DNA of 64,000 nucleotides, taken from assembly GCF_006345805.1 (NCBI RefSeq), contig NC_043020.1:27156001-27220000 (forward strand), in the 5' to 3' direction. The notes under the pieces are model-generated. The model searched no databases. It was not told the DNA's origin and was given only the letters and a program-made list of their open reading frames with translations. Within the stretch, counting starts at the first letter, position 1, and every line of letters begins with the position of its first letter. Both the position numbers and the translations under genes were made by a program. This DNA is from Octopus sinensis. Taxonomy: Eukaryota. Shown here piece by piece: positions 23,735 through 38,252 of this stretch.

Positions 23735-23837
23735 ATCTATCTGTCTCTGTCTATCTATCAATCTGTCTGTCTATCTATCTATCTATCTGTCTATATCTAT
23801 CTATCTATCTGTCTATATCTATCTATCTATCTGTCTA

Positions 23838-23894
<57 letters not shown>

Positions 23895-23935
23895 GTCTGT
23901 CTGTCTTCTGTCTGTCTGTCTATATATCTATCTGC
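23735..23935. repeat. (CTAT)n/(CTGT)n microsatellite
   Basis: Direct reading, just before the gap. Confidence 0.9.
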
Positions 23936-24029
23936 TTGTATGTATGCTGCCTTGTCCGTCCGTCAGTCTGTCCATTTATCCTTTTCAAAAACAGCAGGGT
24001 GTAATTTTCGAGGCAATTCAACTGCTATT

Positions 24030-24129
24030 NNNNNNNNNNNNNNNNNNNNNNNNNNNNNNNNNNNNNNNNNNNNNNNNNNNNNNNNNNNNNNNNNNNNNNN
24101 NNNNNNNNNNNNNNNNNNNNNNNNNNNNN
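24030..24129. other. Assembly gap (100 N, true size unknown)
   Basis: A run of exactly 100 N, the usual placeholder for a gap of unknown size. Confidence 0.98.
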
Positions 24130-24399
24130 TCTAGCACGCAGACTGATCTCTTAGAAGCTTGCTATTGACTCTCTTAAGAGTTGTCCCGCTTGGCCTTACA
24201 CCCAAAATCCACTCCAAATACATTTCCAAGTAAAAAAAAAACTGAAAGAAAAAGAAAAAAAAATCACCTTTGCTACACACACACACACACACACATTAAA
24301 AAACCCACATAGGAATAAATAATATATCTGAAAATAAAGAATTTATGCAAAGAAGATGACAATTATAGAAGCTGGAAAATCTGGAGGACCATTATGTTG

Positions 24400-24860
24400 A
24401 ATGGTGCTGGCAATAGGTGGCGCTTCTGGAGCAGTGGTTGCACCGATGTCGGTTTCGCTAAACCGACGTTAATTAACGCACCTAATTAATTACTGCATAA
24501 ATGATTACTACCTAAATAACAACAACAGTAGGCTGTTTATCTTTCCTCCAACATCTCCGTTTACTCTATTTATTCCATCTTCTCTGTTTTCCGGGGGTTT
24601 TTCTTGCTTCTTCGATAGAAATGGAGAATGTTAAACTTCAATCGCACCTTGACGCTCCTGGCACCCGGAATGAACACCCGACTGTTTGTGTGGCTAGTAC
24701 GAGTAGCGATGGATTGCCTGTCGCAATTAAAGAAGAACCGTTGTCTCAAGACACCTACGAAGTACTGCTTTATGGTAAGAACTGCGTAGTTTTAAATCTC
24801 CACCGCGTTTCATAAACAAGGACGTGATGCCGGGCCGCCGGGCCGCCGGCACCCCTGTCC
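24400..24860 (+). promoter_or_regulatory. Putative SNAPC4 promoter/5' UTR region (locally CpG-rich)
   Basis: CpG-dense, repeat-free sequence around the first coding exon, with a CTCF-like motif at 24407-24425, a possible UTR acceptor ttcttcgatAG just before the ATG, and gccgggccgccgggccgccgg early in intron 1. Confidence 0.4.
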
Positions 24861-27800
24861 TTCTTTGTTCGTTGTAACAAACACGGAACGAACAATCCAG
24901 TTCGTGTCTTCTATAATAGTTAAATCCACATCTAAGCTGCTTTAGGAAATATTAAAATTGCGGGTCTTTCTTTCCCTATCGCAGCTGTTAAATCAAAAGA
25001 GAAAATACAAAATGACATTTGCAGACAAGAAACACGAACGTCGTTAAATTCTCTGAGAAAATTAAATACTTAGACAAAACAATAATAAACAAACAGTAAT
25101 GGTTCGAATCTCTTTATATATATAAAGCTGAAGTTGTCTCTGTGTATGGCAAGTTTAGTAGCCTTCAACTAACACTATCCCCTCCGAGACCCTGCGCTGC
25201 AAATTGACCAAAATTGAGAGTATGATAGAAGAAGGCTTGCTCTTCCTTCTGTAGAAAATAAAATTCAAATCGGACCATGTTAACACCAAAAATTATTTAC
25301 ATCAGAAAGGGTGGGGGTTTTTTTCTATGAAAATCCCTATTTTTTACGAGTTTTCGACTTCTGTGTCGCCCTTTTTCGGTGTATTTCAACCAGAAAAAAT
25401 GTTCACTTAAAGAGAATAACAAGCTACATAATGCAAAATTTTTACTTTTCAAAAATTCCAATTCTAAAGGGTCGAAAAGAAAACAAACCCGAGCAACTCT
25501 GGGTTATACTACTGCTAGTATAAAATAATGTTAAGAATTAGTGTTTTTCTTCCGTATGAAATATATTCAACTGAGATAATATAGTTTGATTCAATATTGT
25601 AGTGACACTTTGTAAAGGCGACAAAACAAGAAACCCGTGTTACTTAAAAACAATCTGGTAGATTCTGGATCAAACAATACTATCCTTGTTAAATATATAT
25701 ATTTTATACAGTTTTATATACTTTAAAAAGTCATATTTAGTTCTACCTAACTTGAACTGTCGTTGTTTGTTTATAAAATTTTGATTGCGACACGTTCGTG
25801 TTTGTTTATTATTGTATAATTCTGCTTCTTTTGTTTTCATTTAAGTTGACAGTAATATATATGAGGTATCCTAGGGCTAGAAAATTTATTTAAAAAATAA
25901 TGATTTTAGGTACAGGCGAGCTGTGTCGTTAAAAGTTTGCTTCCCAAGTGTATAGTTCCGGGTTCGGTCCCACTTTGTGGCATCTCGGGCAAGTGTTTAC
26001 TATTCTTTTCGGTCCCACTGCATGATATCTTGGGCAAGTGTTTTCGGATCAGTTCGGTTTGACCGGCAGTTTTTTAAAATAATTTCCACGTAACTAAACA
26101 CTTTTAAACTTCGTATACTGGTAGAATGTGTTTATAAAACATCTTTTTCTCTTGGCTTTATTGAGAAAATTCTATAGTTTGTAAGATATTTGTTGTTTTT
26201 TTTTCTTCAATTTCTGCAATTTCAACTAATCAATGACGTCTATTGAGGTGAAAACATTCTGTGTCGTATGACTATGTCCCTCGTTTAAGAAACAGATTGG
26301 GTTTATTTACATTTGTGAAGAAAAAAAGATACCCTTCCCCCCACCCCTAACTAACCCTAAAACATTGAAATGCAATAGATCGATACTAGGGTCATAATTA
26401 TGGGTGACAATTTCATATGACACCGCTAGAAAAAACTGCCGGTCAAACCGAAAAGATCCGTGTTTTCTACTATTCTGGGTTCGGTCCCACTGTGTGGTAT
26501 CTTGGGCAAGTATTTCCTACTATAACCCCGAACTGACCGAATACTTATGAATGGATTTGGTGGACGGAAACTGAAGGAAGCCCGACATATATATCTATTG
26601 TGTTTGTTCCCCACCACTGCTTGGCAACCCGTGTTGGGTTATTTATGTTCCCCGTAACTTAATGGTTTGACAAATAGTGATCGATAGAATAAAAACCAAA
26701 CGGAAAAAAAAGTACTGGGGGTCGATTCATTCGACTAAAACCCATCAAGCCGGTGCCCCAGCATGGCCACAGTCCAATGACTGAAACAAATGATAAACAT
26801 TTTGACACGAAATTCCAATATAAAGGGTAACTGAAAGAAGCCTGTTGTATATATATATATATATATAGGTGCAGGAGTGGCTGTGTGGTAAGTAGCTTGT
26901 TTACCAACCACATGGTTCCAGGTTCAGTCCGGGTTCACCTCGGGCAAGTGTCTTCTATTATAGCCTTGGGCCGACCAAAGCCTTGTGATTGGATTTGGTA
27001 GACGGAAACTGAAAGAAGCCCGTCGTATATATGTATATATATGTGTGTGTGTGTCTTTGTGTCTGTGTTTGTTTCCCCATCACTGCTTGACAACTGGTGT
27101 TGGTGTGTTTACGTTCTTGTAACCTAGCAGTTCAGCAAAACAGACCGATAGAATAAGTACTAGGCTTACTAAGAATAAGTCCTGGTGTTGTTTTGTGCGA
27201 GTAAAATATTTTTAAAAAACCTTCAAGGCTGTGCACCAGCATGGCCACAGTCATATGAGTGAGACAAATCTATTACATAAAATCCGTTCTGTCTGTCTGT
27301 CTGTGTGTGTGTCTTCTAGAATCTCAGGCATCATCCATCCACTTGCACTCAAATTTGATATGTATATACGTCTTGAAAATATTACAAAAATCGATTCCAG
27401 GTGAGAATGCGATTGATAAAGCCGTGGGAACGTGCATTTGTACGGGCAAGTACATCAGCTGTTGCAATCAATACTACGCATACGTGAGAAAAATGAACGT
27501 GCAGTTTGCGCCAAAAAAAGGCCGGCTGGCTGGAAATAATGCCACAAAATGCAGTATATTTCTCAAAGGGGAGGCCTATGGGAAGGTCGGACAAGTTGTT
27601 TTGAGAAAATTTGGTTTAAATGTTTGACAACTCAGCACTGTCCATTGGACGGGGGTGGGGCGGGGTGTTTCAGTCGTAATAGACTAAAAGAGTACATGTA
27701 ACAAAATTCAATTTATCTTTCAGACAAACAACTTGACGAGGATGCTGATAATGATGACAATAATAATAATAATAATGATGAGGATGACGATGAAGAAGAC

Positions 27801-30800
27801 GAGGAAGATATTGTCGAGAGATTTCAGATTAAATGTGTTGATTATGATGAAGACAGTTACAATAATTTAATTATTGACAATTCCGCTTCGAATGATGCAT
27901 CGTTAATCTCCACCAATATTCAAGAAAAAGATGCTTCATCAGATGTGAGTAATATTATTGAAACAATTTATATTTTCTTTTTTTTTTCATCTAGTTTCAA
28001 CTCACGAGCTGTGGCCATGCTGGGGCACCACCATTTGGTGTTGCTACATAATTTTACTTCACGCACTTTTTTCCCAAAATTCAAAGGTCAAAATCTCTTG
28101 TGCGTACTATATACGAGGTTAAAAATGAAAAATATTTTCTAAGCAATGTCCGAGTCTCTATTTGCTGTCCAGCAATGTTTATTCAGACGCATTTTGTGAT
28201 GTCGGGAATGAAAACACCTTAAGCTAAGCCTGAAAGCAATGAAGTCATAAAAGAATCATCCATAACTTGCAGTAAGCAACATTTATTAAACGTTATTACT
28301 GTTATTTCTTTATTTTCTGCAAACAAAATGCACAAAAAAGCTACACGTTTGCATTATGTTATATATACAATAATAATTAAGGATGTTACCATATACAGTT
28401 TTACAAATCAAGGACGTTATATAGACCTCCTTGACTCAAGTTAGAGAAGGGGTGTGTATTATACACAAGGTTTAGGTTTTTCAGAGGTACAGCCCCCTAA
28501 AAATCCCATGCATATTATACTCAAGGGTGGACTATACTCGAGGATTTACGGTAATCGAATAAACTGTAACCCTACTACTTAAAAAAGTGGATAACAACAA
28601 TGTTGAAGAATAGCATCAACTGCTTTGGTTAAAAGTAAGTGTTTAGTTTGTATTGCTTGTTACTAATTAGCGTTAAACAGGTGTTCTTGGGTTTGTAAAA
28701 ATTTTTTTGATTGTTAATTATTTATTTCAAACTTTGATTTTTTTGTTTTGTTTTGTTTGTTTCAGAACACTTGCACAGTGAGAGATTTGGCGAATACATC
28801 TGAGAGCGTTATCAATGATTTTGATGCTGAACTTTCAGAACTGTTGTCGACCGGAGGTGAACCTGGTGCCAAGTCTAACAAGACGTTAGTTAATGCTAAA
28901 ACTTGCCTGTTCCTTAACAATATTTACCAAGCTGTCCTGCAAGAGAATCTCTTGAAACTTCAGATGGAATTGGTCCAGAATCAGGAAAAACAGGTAAGGG
29001 AGAAGAAAAGGGAGTTTTGGAAGCTGTAGGTGTGAATGGGAATAAAATGTTTGCTGCCATCAACACAATGGTGTTTGGAGCAAGTGTCATTAATCATTGC
29101 CTTGAGTCGACCGATACTTTGGGATTGAAATTCGGTAAATAGAAAGCATGTGAAGCACCAACCGATTGTGGCCGATGCCAGACTCCCCTGGCACCTATGC
29201 TGGTGGCACGTAAAGAGCACCCACTACACTCGCGGAGTGGTTGGCATTTGGAAGGACATCCAGCTGTAGAAACACTGCAAGATCAGACTGGAGCCTGGTG
29301 CAGCCTCTGGCTTCCCAGACCCCGGTCAAAGTGTCCAACCCGTGCTAGCACGGAAAACGGACGTTAAACGATGATGATGATATAATAATAACAATAATAA
29401 TCATAATAATAATAACAATAATAATAATAATAATAACAATAATTATAATAATAATAATCGCCACCTTAATAATAATAATTTGGTTTGCAAGATTCTTTAT
29501 TTGAGTTCGTGTGTTGAAGCATATTCCGTTGTGTCTGGGGAGAGTCAAAAAGAAAATGACTCTCCCCAGACACAACAGTTTATATATATATATATATATG
29601 GCACGGTTGTGTGACTGAGAAGGTTCACCTCCTAAGCCTGTGGTTTCAGGTTCACTCCTACTGCACAACACTTTGGGCCAGTGTCTTCTACTGTGGTGGG
29701 TCACTTGGTAAAAATGTAAATATTTTGTTAAAATTAAACTTTCGTATGTTCTTATTTTAAAGAAAAAAACTTTTATTTTTTCGTTTAGAAAGCCATTAAT
29801 GAAGAATTGCACAAAACTGCTACGAACAAAAAAATCAGAAGGAATGTCTTTTACCAGCCTTATTTCATGAGTTCACAAGGAATGGTAAGTAGGGAACTGT
29901 TACCTGGGATCAGCCATCTGTTCTCTAATGTCATTGACCCTTGGGTGTGGAATGTTGGAAGCATTATAGGGACTGTATTGTCTTTGTTAAAGGGGTGAAA
30001 AAAAAGGGGTAAAAGTGAAGGCTCATAATCATGAGGTAGTGAGTTTGATTCCCGGACCAGGCTGCGTGTTGTGTTCTTGAGCAAGACACTTTATTTCACG
30101 TTACTCCATTTCACTCAGCTGTAGAAATGAGCTGCAACGTTTCTGTTGCCAAGCTGTATCAGCCCCTTTGTTTTTTCCTTGGGTAACATCAGTGGTGTGG
30201 AGAGAGGAGGCTGGTATGCATGGGTGATTGCTGGTCTTCCATGAACAGCCTTGCCTGGACCTGTGCCTCCGAGGAGAACTTTCTAGATGCAATCCCACGG
30301 TCATTCATGACCAAAAGCGTGGGTCTTTACCCTTTTATTGTCTTTGTTAGATTATTTTTTTTAAAATTGTATTTTCATGTTAGGCTAGGCATGGCTGTGT
30401 GGTTAAGAGGTTTACTTCCCAATCACATGGTTTCAGGTTCAGTTCCACCTTGTGGTACCTTGGGTAGGTGTTTTCTAGACCTGGACCGAATGAAGACTTG
30501 TGAGCAGATTTGGTAGATGGAAACCGAAAGAAGCCATTGTGTGTGTGAGTGTGTGCCAGCATGAGTTGAATGACGTGACAAGATCTGGCATGCCAGAAAG
30601 CTGCACCAAGCTCCACTGTCTGCTTTGGTATGGGGTTTTTATGGCTGGATGCCCTTCCTAATGCCAACCACTTTACAGGGTGTACTGGAGGCTTTTTACG
30701 TAGCACCAGCACTAGTGAGGTCACCAATTAATCTGCAAGACATGACACCTTAACTGAAAGGGATGTAAGGTGGCTTTGTACCCAGGTGATGTAAAGTTGG

Positions 30801-33800
30801 CTTTGTACCCAGGTGATGAGAGATTAAAGTATGACAGAGACAAACAGGTGCCTCACAGTAGAGGAGATACATACTGTGTGTGCTAAAATATTTCTTATTT
30901 CTTTATTGCCCACAAGGGGCTAAACACAGAGGGGACAAACAAGGACAGACAAAGGGATTAAGTTGATTACATCGACCCCAGTGCGTAACTGGTACTTAAT
31001 TTATTGACCCCGAAAGGATGAAAGGCAAAGTCAACCTTGGCGGAATTTGAACTCAGAACATAACAAGGCAGTCCTAGTTTAGGAACGAATGTTGCTGTAA
31101 TTAGCCCCAGAAGACATTATCTCCAGCTGGCTATACGACACGATCTGTGTCCTTATATTTTCGATCGTGTTGTATAGCCAGCTGGAGACGATGTCTCCTG
31201 GAGCTAAATTACAGCAACAGTCGTCCTAAACCAGGACTGCCATGTTATGTTGGCAAACAGTCTTTGCTGAATATCTCACCCTATGAGATTTAAAAATAGT
31301 AATTATCTATCAGTGTTTTTTTATTCTAGCCTCCTCCAAACGAACACACCAAACTTCTAAAACCATGGCACCTCAAACAGACACAAAGAGACAAATATTG
31401 TGAGTGGCATTTCTTATCCATTTTAATTCTTTTTCAAAAAAAAAAACAAAAAAAAAAACAAATTTTGTCTGTTTTGTTGTTGTTGTTGTTTAGCCCTAGG
31501 TCAGTCCTGGTTGACCAGGCCTATGATCAGGTACAATTATCTTGTTCGTTTCTTTTACAATTCTTAAAGTCTTTAGAACTACATTAGTAGTAGTAGAAAT
31601 AGTAAAAGCAGTGGTAGTGGTTGTTTTAGTAGTAGTAATTGTGGTTATAGTAGTAGTTGTGGCAGTGGTTGTACTAATAGAACTTGCAGTGGTGGTGGTG
31701 GTAGTTTCTATATTTATGTGTGTAAGCATATGCGTAGGTACAGGAGGCACATGGCTCAGTGGTTAGAGTGTTGGGCTCACAACCATGAGGCAGTGAGTTC
31801 GATTCCTGGATTGGGGTGTGTGTTGTGTCTTCTTAAGCAAGACACTTTATTTTCACGTTGCTCCAGCTCACACAGCTATAGAAATGTGTGGTGGCATTGT
31901 CACAGGTGCCAAGCTGTATCGGCCCCTTTGCCTTTCCCTTGGGTAACATCGGTGGGGTGGAGAGAGGAGTCTGGTATGCATGGACAGCTGCTGGTCTTTC
32001 ATGAACATCCTTTCCTGGAGAACTTTCCAGATGCAGTCCCATGGTCATTCATGACCAAAGGAGGTCTCTTACCATTTTATGTGTAGAAGGAAAGTGTTTA
32101 TGGGAATCATGTTCAATTAATAGATTAGGGAGCTTGCTTCCTAGCTACATGGTTTCGGGTTCAATCCCACTGCGTGGCATTTTGGGCAGGTGTCTTCTGC
32201 TATGGCCCCGAGCTGACCGAAGCTTTGTGATAGAATTCGGTAGGCGGAAGTTACTGCTGTGTGTGTATATGTGCGTGTAGGTGCTTGTGCTTCTCCTAAA
32301 GAGAGAGAGGGAGATGAGTTTCTCTCTCTCTCTCCTTCTCTCTCTCTCTCTCTCTTTCTATTTGTATGACCGTATTTTTGTTTGTGCATGTATGCATGTG
32401 TGTGTTTTCCTCCCCCACAAAAAAAAATTACTGTCCCCAGGACAGGCTGGAGGAATGTCCAGTCAGCCTCCAAACAGCTAAGCCCAATCATCCTGTTCGA
32501 GTCGGATCCGACCTGGGATTAAACAACAACAACAACAACATTGACTAATATACACGAACAATCAATTCTTCACGACAGTTCTACGAAAGGGTTTTTACAG
32601 TGTCTGTGTGTCTCCATCTTATTCCATCCAGGGAAGAAATGGGAACAGGACCTCCTCATCAACGCTGTTCAGGAAAATGCCTGGGAAATAATATTGAAGC
32701 CCTTCATGAACAAGTGAGTTAGTTTCCATTTCTTCATGGTTATATCTGTTGTTATTCCATTGGTCTACCATACTATATTGTTATTCCATTGGTCTACCAT
32801 ACTATATTGTTATTCCATTGGTCTACCATATTGTATTGCTTCCACATTGCTGCAATGTTGCTGTCATATCGTCACCGTATCATCATGTTCGCTTGCTATG
32901 CAGCAGCTATGTCACTGTCACATTTCAATAATATTTATTTCTTTATCACCCACAAGGGGCTAAATATAGAGGGGACAAACAAGGACAGACAAAGGGATTA
33001 AGTCAGTTACATCGACCCCAGTGCGTAACTGGTACTTATTAATCGACCCTGAAATGATGAAAGGCAAAGTCGACCTCAGCGGAATTTGAACTCAGAACGT
33101 AATGGTAGATGGAATACCTATTTCTTTACTACCCACAAGGAGCTACACATAGAGAGGACAAACAAGGACGGACAAAAGGATTAAGTCGATTACATCGACC
33201 CCAGTGCATAACTGGTACTTATTTAATCGACCCCGAAAGGATGAAAAGCAGAGTTGACCTCGGCGGGATTTGAACTCAGAACGTTACGACAGACAAACTA
33301 CTGCTAAGCATTTCACCCAGCGTGCTAATGATTCTGCCAGCTTGCCGCCTTATTCGATAATATTGCTATCACATTGTTACAATATTGCTGTGATGGTGAT
33401 GATGATGGTGGTGATAGACTAGTGCTGCTACATTGCTGTAATTTTGCCATAATTTTGTTACAATGTTGTCACTATACTGTTTGAATGTTGCTACAATATT
33501 GCAACAGTATTGCCAACACGTTGCCGGCGCATTGTTACAATATTGTGGTAAGAAGCTTGCTTCCCAATCACATGGTTCTGGGTTCAGTCCCACTGCGTGG
33601 CACCTTGGGCAAGTGTCTTCTACTATAGCCTCAGGTCGACCAAAAGCCTTGTGAGTGCATTTGGTAGATGGAAACTGAAAGAAGCCCGCTGTATGTATGT
33701 ATGTATGCATGCATGTATGTATTTGTTTGTGCGTATGTTTGTCGCCCCACCATCTTCGCTTGACAACAGATGTTGGTGTGTTTATGTCCCTGTAACTTAG

Positions 33801-36800
33801 CAGTTCAGCAAAAAGAAACTGATAGAATAAGTGCTAGGCTTACAAAGAATAAGTCCTGGGGTCGATTTGATCGACTAAAGGTGGTGCTCCAGCATGGCCA
33901 CAATTGAAACAAGTAAAAGAATAGATTGCTGCCACATTGCCACTACATACTGGTATTTTTTCAAACCCTTAAAACAACAATGTCGAGGTAATAACAATAA
34001 TGATGATGGGTCAATTTGTTTTCCAATGCAGAATTGAAATCTATACGGACAAACTGTTGACGAGTAAAGAGAGCACCACAAGTGCTAAACTGCAGCAGAA
34101 ACTGGACCAGCTGAGACAAGAGATGGTACAAGTGGAGTAAGTAGAAGGAATCCTTTTTTTCCTTCCTTGCCTATCCCTCCTTCCTTCCTTCCTTCTTTCC
34201 TTCCTTGCCTATCCCTCCTTCCTTCTTTCCTTCCTTCCTTCCTTGCCTATCCCTCCTTCCTTCCTTCCTTCCTTCCTTCCTTCCTTCTTTCCTCCCTTGC
34301 CTATCCCTCCTTCCTTCTTTCCTTCCTTCCTTCCTGCCTTCCTTCTTTCCTTCCTTGCCTATCCCTCCTTCCTTCTTTCCTTCCTTCCTTCCTTGCCTAT
34401 CCCTCCTTCCTTCCTTCCTTCCTTCCTTGCCTATCCCTCCTTCCTTCCTTCCTTCCGGCCTTCCTTCTTTCCTTCCTTGCCTATCCCTCCTTCCTTCTTT
34501 CCTTCCTTCCTTCCTTGCCTATCCCTCCTTTATTCCTTCCTTCCTTCCCTCCTGCCTTCCTTCTTTCCTTCCTTGCCTATCCCTCCTTCCTTCCTTCCTT
34601 CCTTCCTTCCTTCCTTCTTTCCTTCCTTCTTTCCTTCCTTCTTTCCTTCCTTGCCTATCCCTCCTTCCTTCCTTCCTTCCTTCCTACCTTCCTTCCTTCC
34701 TTCCTTCCTTCCTGCCTTCCTTCTTTCCTCCCTTGCCTATCCCTCCTTCCTTCTTTCCTTCCTTCCTTCCTGCCTTCCTTCTTTCCTTCCTTGCCTATCC
34801 CTCCTTCCTTCTAGCCTTCCTTCCTTCCTTGCCTATCCCTCCTTCCTTCCTTCCTTCCTTCCTTCCTTCCTTCCTTCCTCCTTCCTTCTTTCCTTCCTTG
34901 CCTATCCCTCCTTCCTTCTTTCCTTCCTTCCTTCCTTCCTTGCCTATCCCTCCTTCCTTCCTTCCTTCCTTCCTTCCTCCTTCCTTCAGCCTTCCTCTTT
35001 CCTCCTTGCCTATCCCTCCTTCCTTTTCTCTTCCTTCCTTCCTTGCCTTCCCTCCTTCCTTCCTTCTTCCTTCCTTCTTCCTTCCTGCCTTCCTTCTTTC
35101 CTTCCTTGCCTATCCTTCCTTCCTTCCTTCCTTCCTTCCTGCCTTCCTTCTTTCCTTCCTTGCCTATCCCTCATCCCTCCTTCCTTCTTTCCTTCCTTCC
35201 TTCTTTCCTTCCTTCCTTCCTGCCTATCCCTCCTTCCTTCTTCCTTCCTTCCTTCCTTCCTTCCTTCCTTCCTTCTTCTTTCTTCCTTGCCTATCCCTCC
35301 TTCCTTCTTTCCTTCCTTCCTTCCTTCCTTGCCTATCCTTCCTTCCTTCCTTCCTTCCTTCCTTCCTTCCTTCTTCCTTCCTTGCCTATCCCTCCTTCCT
35401 TCTTTCCTTCCTTCCTTCCTTCCTGCCTTCCTTCTTTCCTTCCTTGCCTATCCCTCCTTCCTTCCTTCCTTCCTGCCTTCCTTCCTTCTTTCCTTCCTTG
35501 CCTATCCCTCCTTCCTTGCCTATCCCTCCTTCCTTCCTTCCTTCCTTCCTTCCTTCCTTCCTTCCTTCCTTCCTTCTTTCCTTCCTTGCCTATCCCTCCT
35601 TCCTTCTTTCCTTCCTTCCTTCCTTGCCTATCCCTCCTTCCTTCCTTCCTTCCTGCCTTCCTTCTTTCCGTCCTTGCCTATCCCTCCTTCCTTCTTTCCT
35701 TCCTTCCTTCCTTCCTTGCCTATCCCTGCCTTCCTTCCTTCCTTCCTTCCTCCTTCCTGCCTTCTTTCTTTCCTTCCTTGCCTATCCTCCTTCCTTCTTT
35801 CCTTCCTTCTTTCCTTCCTTGCCTATCCTCCTTCCTTCCTTCCTTCCTTGCCTATCCCTCCTCCTTCCTTCCTTCCTCCCTCCTCCTTCCTTCCTTCCTC
35901 TCTCCCTTCCTTCCTTCCCTCCCTCTCTCCTTTCCTCCCTTCCTTCATTCCTCCACCCTGCCCTCCCCCTCCTTTCCTTCTTCTTCCTTACTCCATCCCC
36001 CTGCCTCCCTTCCCCCTCTCTCTTCCTTCTTCCTCCCCTCCCCCTCTCTTTCTTCCGTCCTTCCTTCCTTCCTTCCTTCCTTCCTTCCTTCCTGCCTTCC
36101 TTCTTTCCTTCCTTGCCTATCCCTCCTTCCTTCTTTCCTTCCTTGCCTATCCCTCCTTCCTTCCTTCCTTCCTTGCCTATCCCTCCTCCCTTCCTTCCTT
36201 CCTCCCTTCCTCCCTTCCTTCCTTCCTCTCTCCCTTCCTTCCTTCCCTCCCTCTCTCCTTTCCTCCCTTCCTTCATTCCTCCACCCTGCCCTCCCCCTCC
36301 TTTCCTTCTTCCTTACTCCATCCCTGCCTCCCTTCCCCTCTCTCTCCCTTCTTCCCCCCTCCCCCTCTCTTTCTTCCGTCCTTCCTTCCTTCCTTCCTTC
36401 CCCTCCTTCCCCCTCTCTGCCTTCTCCCCTCTCTTCCTTCCGCCCTTCACCCCCCTCTTCTTCCCTCCTCCCCCTCTTCCTTCTTCCTTCCTTCGTTCCT
36501 CCCCCCTCCCCTCTCTTCCTTCCGTCTTCCCCCCCCTTCCTCTTTTAAATAGTCTATTTAAACACTAAAGGTTCCCCAGTTTACTATTTTGTTGCATTGA
36601 CCAAAATCTTATATGGCCGACCCTGGCAGTTGAGAACCGCTAATCTACGTTAATCTCCAATAATGTTTTTTCTTGTTATTTTAAGTTTTTTTTTCCCTTT
36701 CTTTCCTGAGTTTCTTTGCTTAAAAAAATAATGGTAAGGCCATTCTGTTCAGTTACTGTTTTCATACTCTCTTTTACTCTTTTACCTGTTTCAGTCATTT

Positions 36801-38219
36801 GACTGCGGCCATGCTGGAGCACCGACTTTAGTCGAGCAACTTGACCCCGGGACTTATTCTTTGTAAGCCCAGTACTATCGGTCTCTTTTGCCGAACCGCT
36901 AAGTGATGGGGACACAAATACACCAGCATTGGTTGTCGAGCAATGCTTGGGGGACAAACACAGACACACAAACATACACGCACACACATATATATATACA
37001 TATATACAACGGGCTTCTTTCAGTTTCCGTCTACCACATCCACTCACAAGGCTTTGGTCGGCCCGAGGCTATAGTAGAAGACACTTGGCCAAAGTGCCAC
37101 GCACTGGGACTGAACCCGGAACCACGTGGTTCATAAACAAGCTACTTACCACACAGCCACTCCTGCTTCAAAAATAATGGTAAGGCCGTTCTGTTCAGTT
37201 ATTGTTTTCATGAAATATTTTTTTTCTTCCAGACAGAAAGATATCAACAGCTTCTTTGATGAAGATGACTTTGAAGACAAACTGGACTGGATGAAAATAG
37301 CCAATTTAACAGTAAGGCATTTTCTTTTCTTTCTGTTTATTTTTTTCTTCTTGTTTTTATTTTTAGTTCACAGAAATGCTTGTGTTTGAATATCTGGGAT
37401 CTTTTCGGTTTGAACGGCAGTTTTTTCTAGCGGTGTCATATGAAATTGTCACCCATAATTATGACCCTAATATCGATCTATTGCATTTCAATCTATTTTA
37501 GGGTTAGGGTTAGGGGAAGGGTATCTTTCTTTCTTCGCAAATGTAAATAAACTCAATCTGTTTCTGAAACGAGGGACATATTTATACGGCACAGAATGTT
37601 TTTTACCTCAGTAGACGTCAGTGATTGGTTGAAATTGCAGAAATTGAAGAAAAAAAACAAAAAATATCTTGCAAACTATAGAATTTTCTCAATAAAGCCA
37701 AGAGAAAAAGATGTTTTATAAACACATTCTACCAGTATACAAAGTTTAAAATTTTTTAGTTACCTAGAAATTATGTTAAAAACTGCCGTTCAAACCGAAA
37801 AGATCCAATATGTGTCTTGATACAAGGTTTTGTGGTAAAAGCTAAGAATTGCATCATGGCAGGGTCATGGAAGGGACCAGTTTGGCTGTGTGGTTAAGAA
37901 CCTTGCTTCCCAACCATGTGGTTTCAAGTTCAGTCCCATTCTGTAACAGCTTAGGCTAGTGTCTTCTATTATAGCTCCCGGTTGAAAGTCATGTTGATGA
38001 TGATGATGGCAGTGGTTCCCCTCCTCTTCTCCCTTCTTCTCATAGAATTCATTGAGCCAGATTTTCTGTGGCTGACTGCCCTTCCTGTAACTGACCCTCA
38101 CTTGTTTCTAAGCAAGGTGTTTCTTCAAGGACCCCTAACATGCTTTTTGCATGGAAGATTGTAAAGGATCGACACTGCTTGTATGAGGGTGATGCTCACT
38201 TACGACCAACACGTGATAT

Positions 38220-38252
<33 letters not shown>

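Noticed and set aside
34167-36568. ORFs of 787, 769, 501 and 215 aa (PSFL-rich)
   Set aside because: Translations of the C/T-only tract, which cannot contain stop codons. It lies within a phase-verified SNAPC4 intron.
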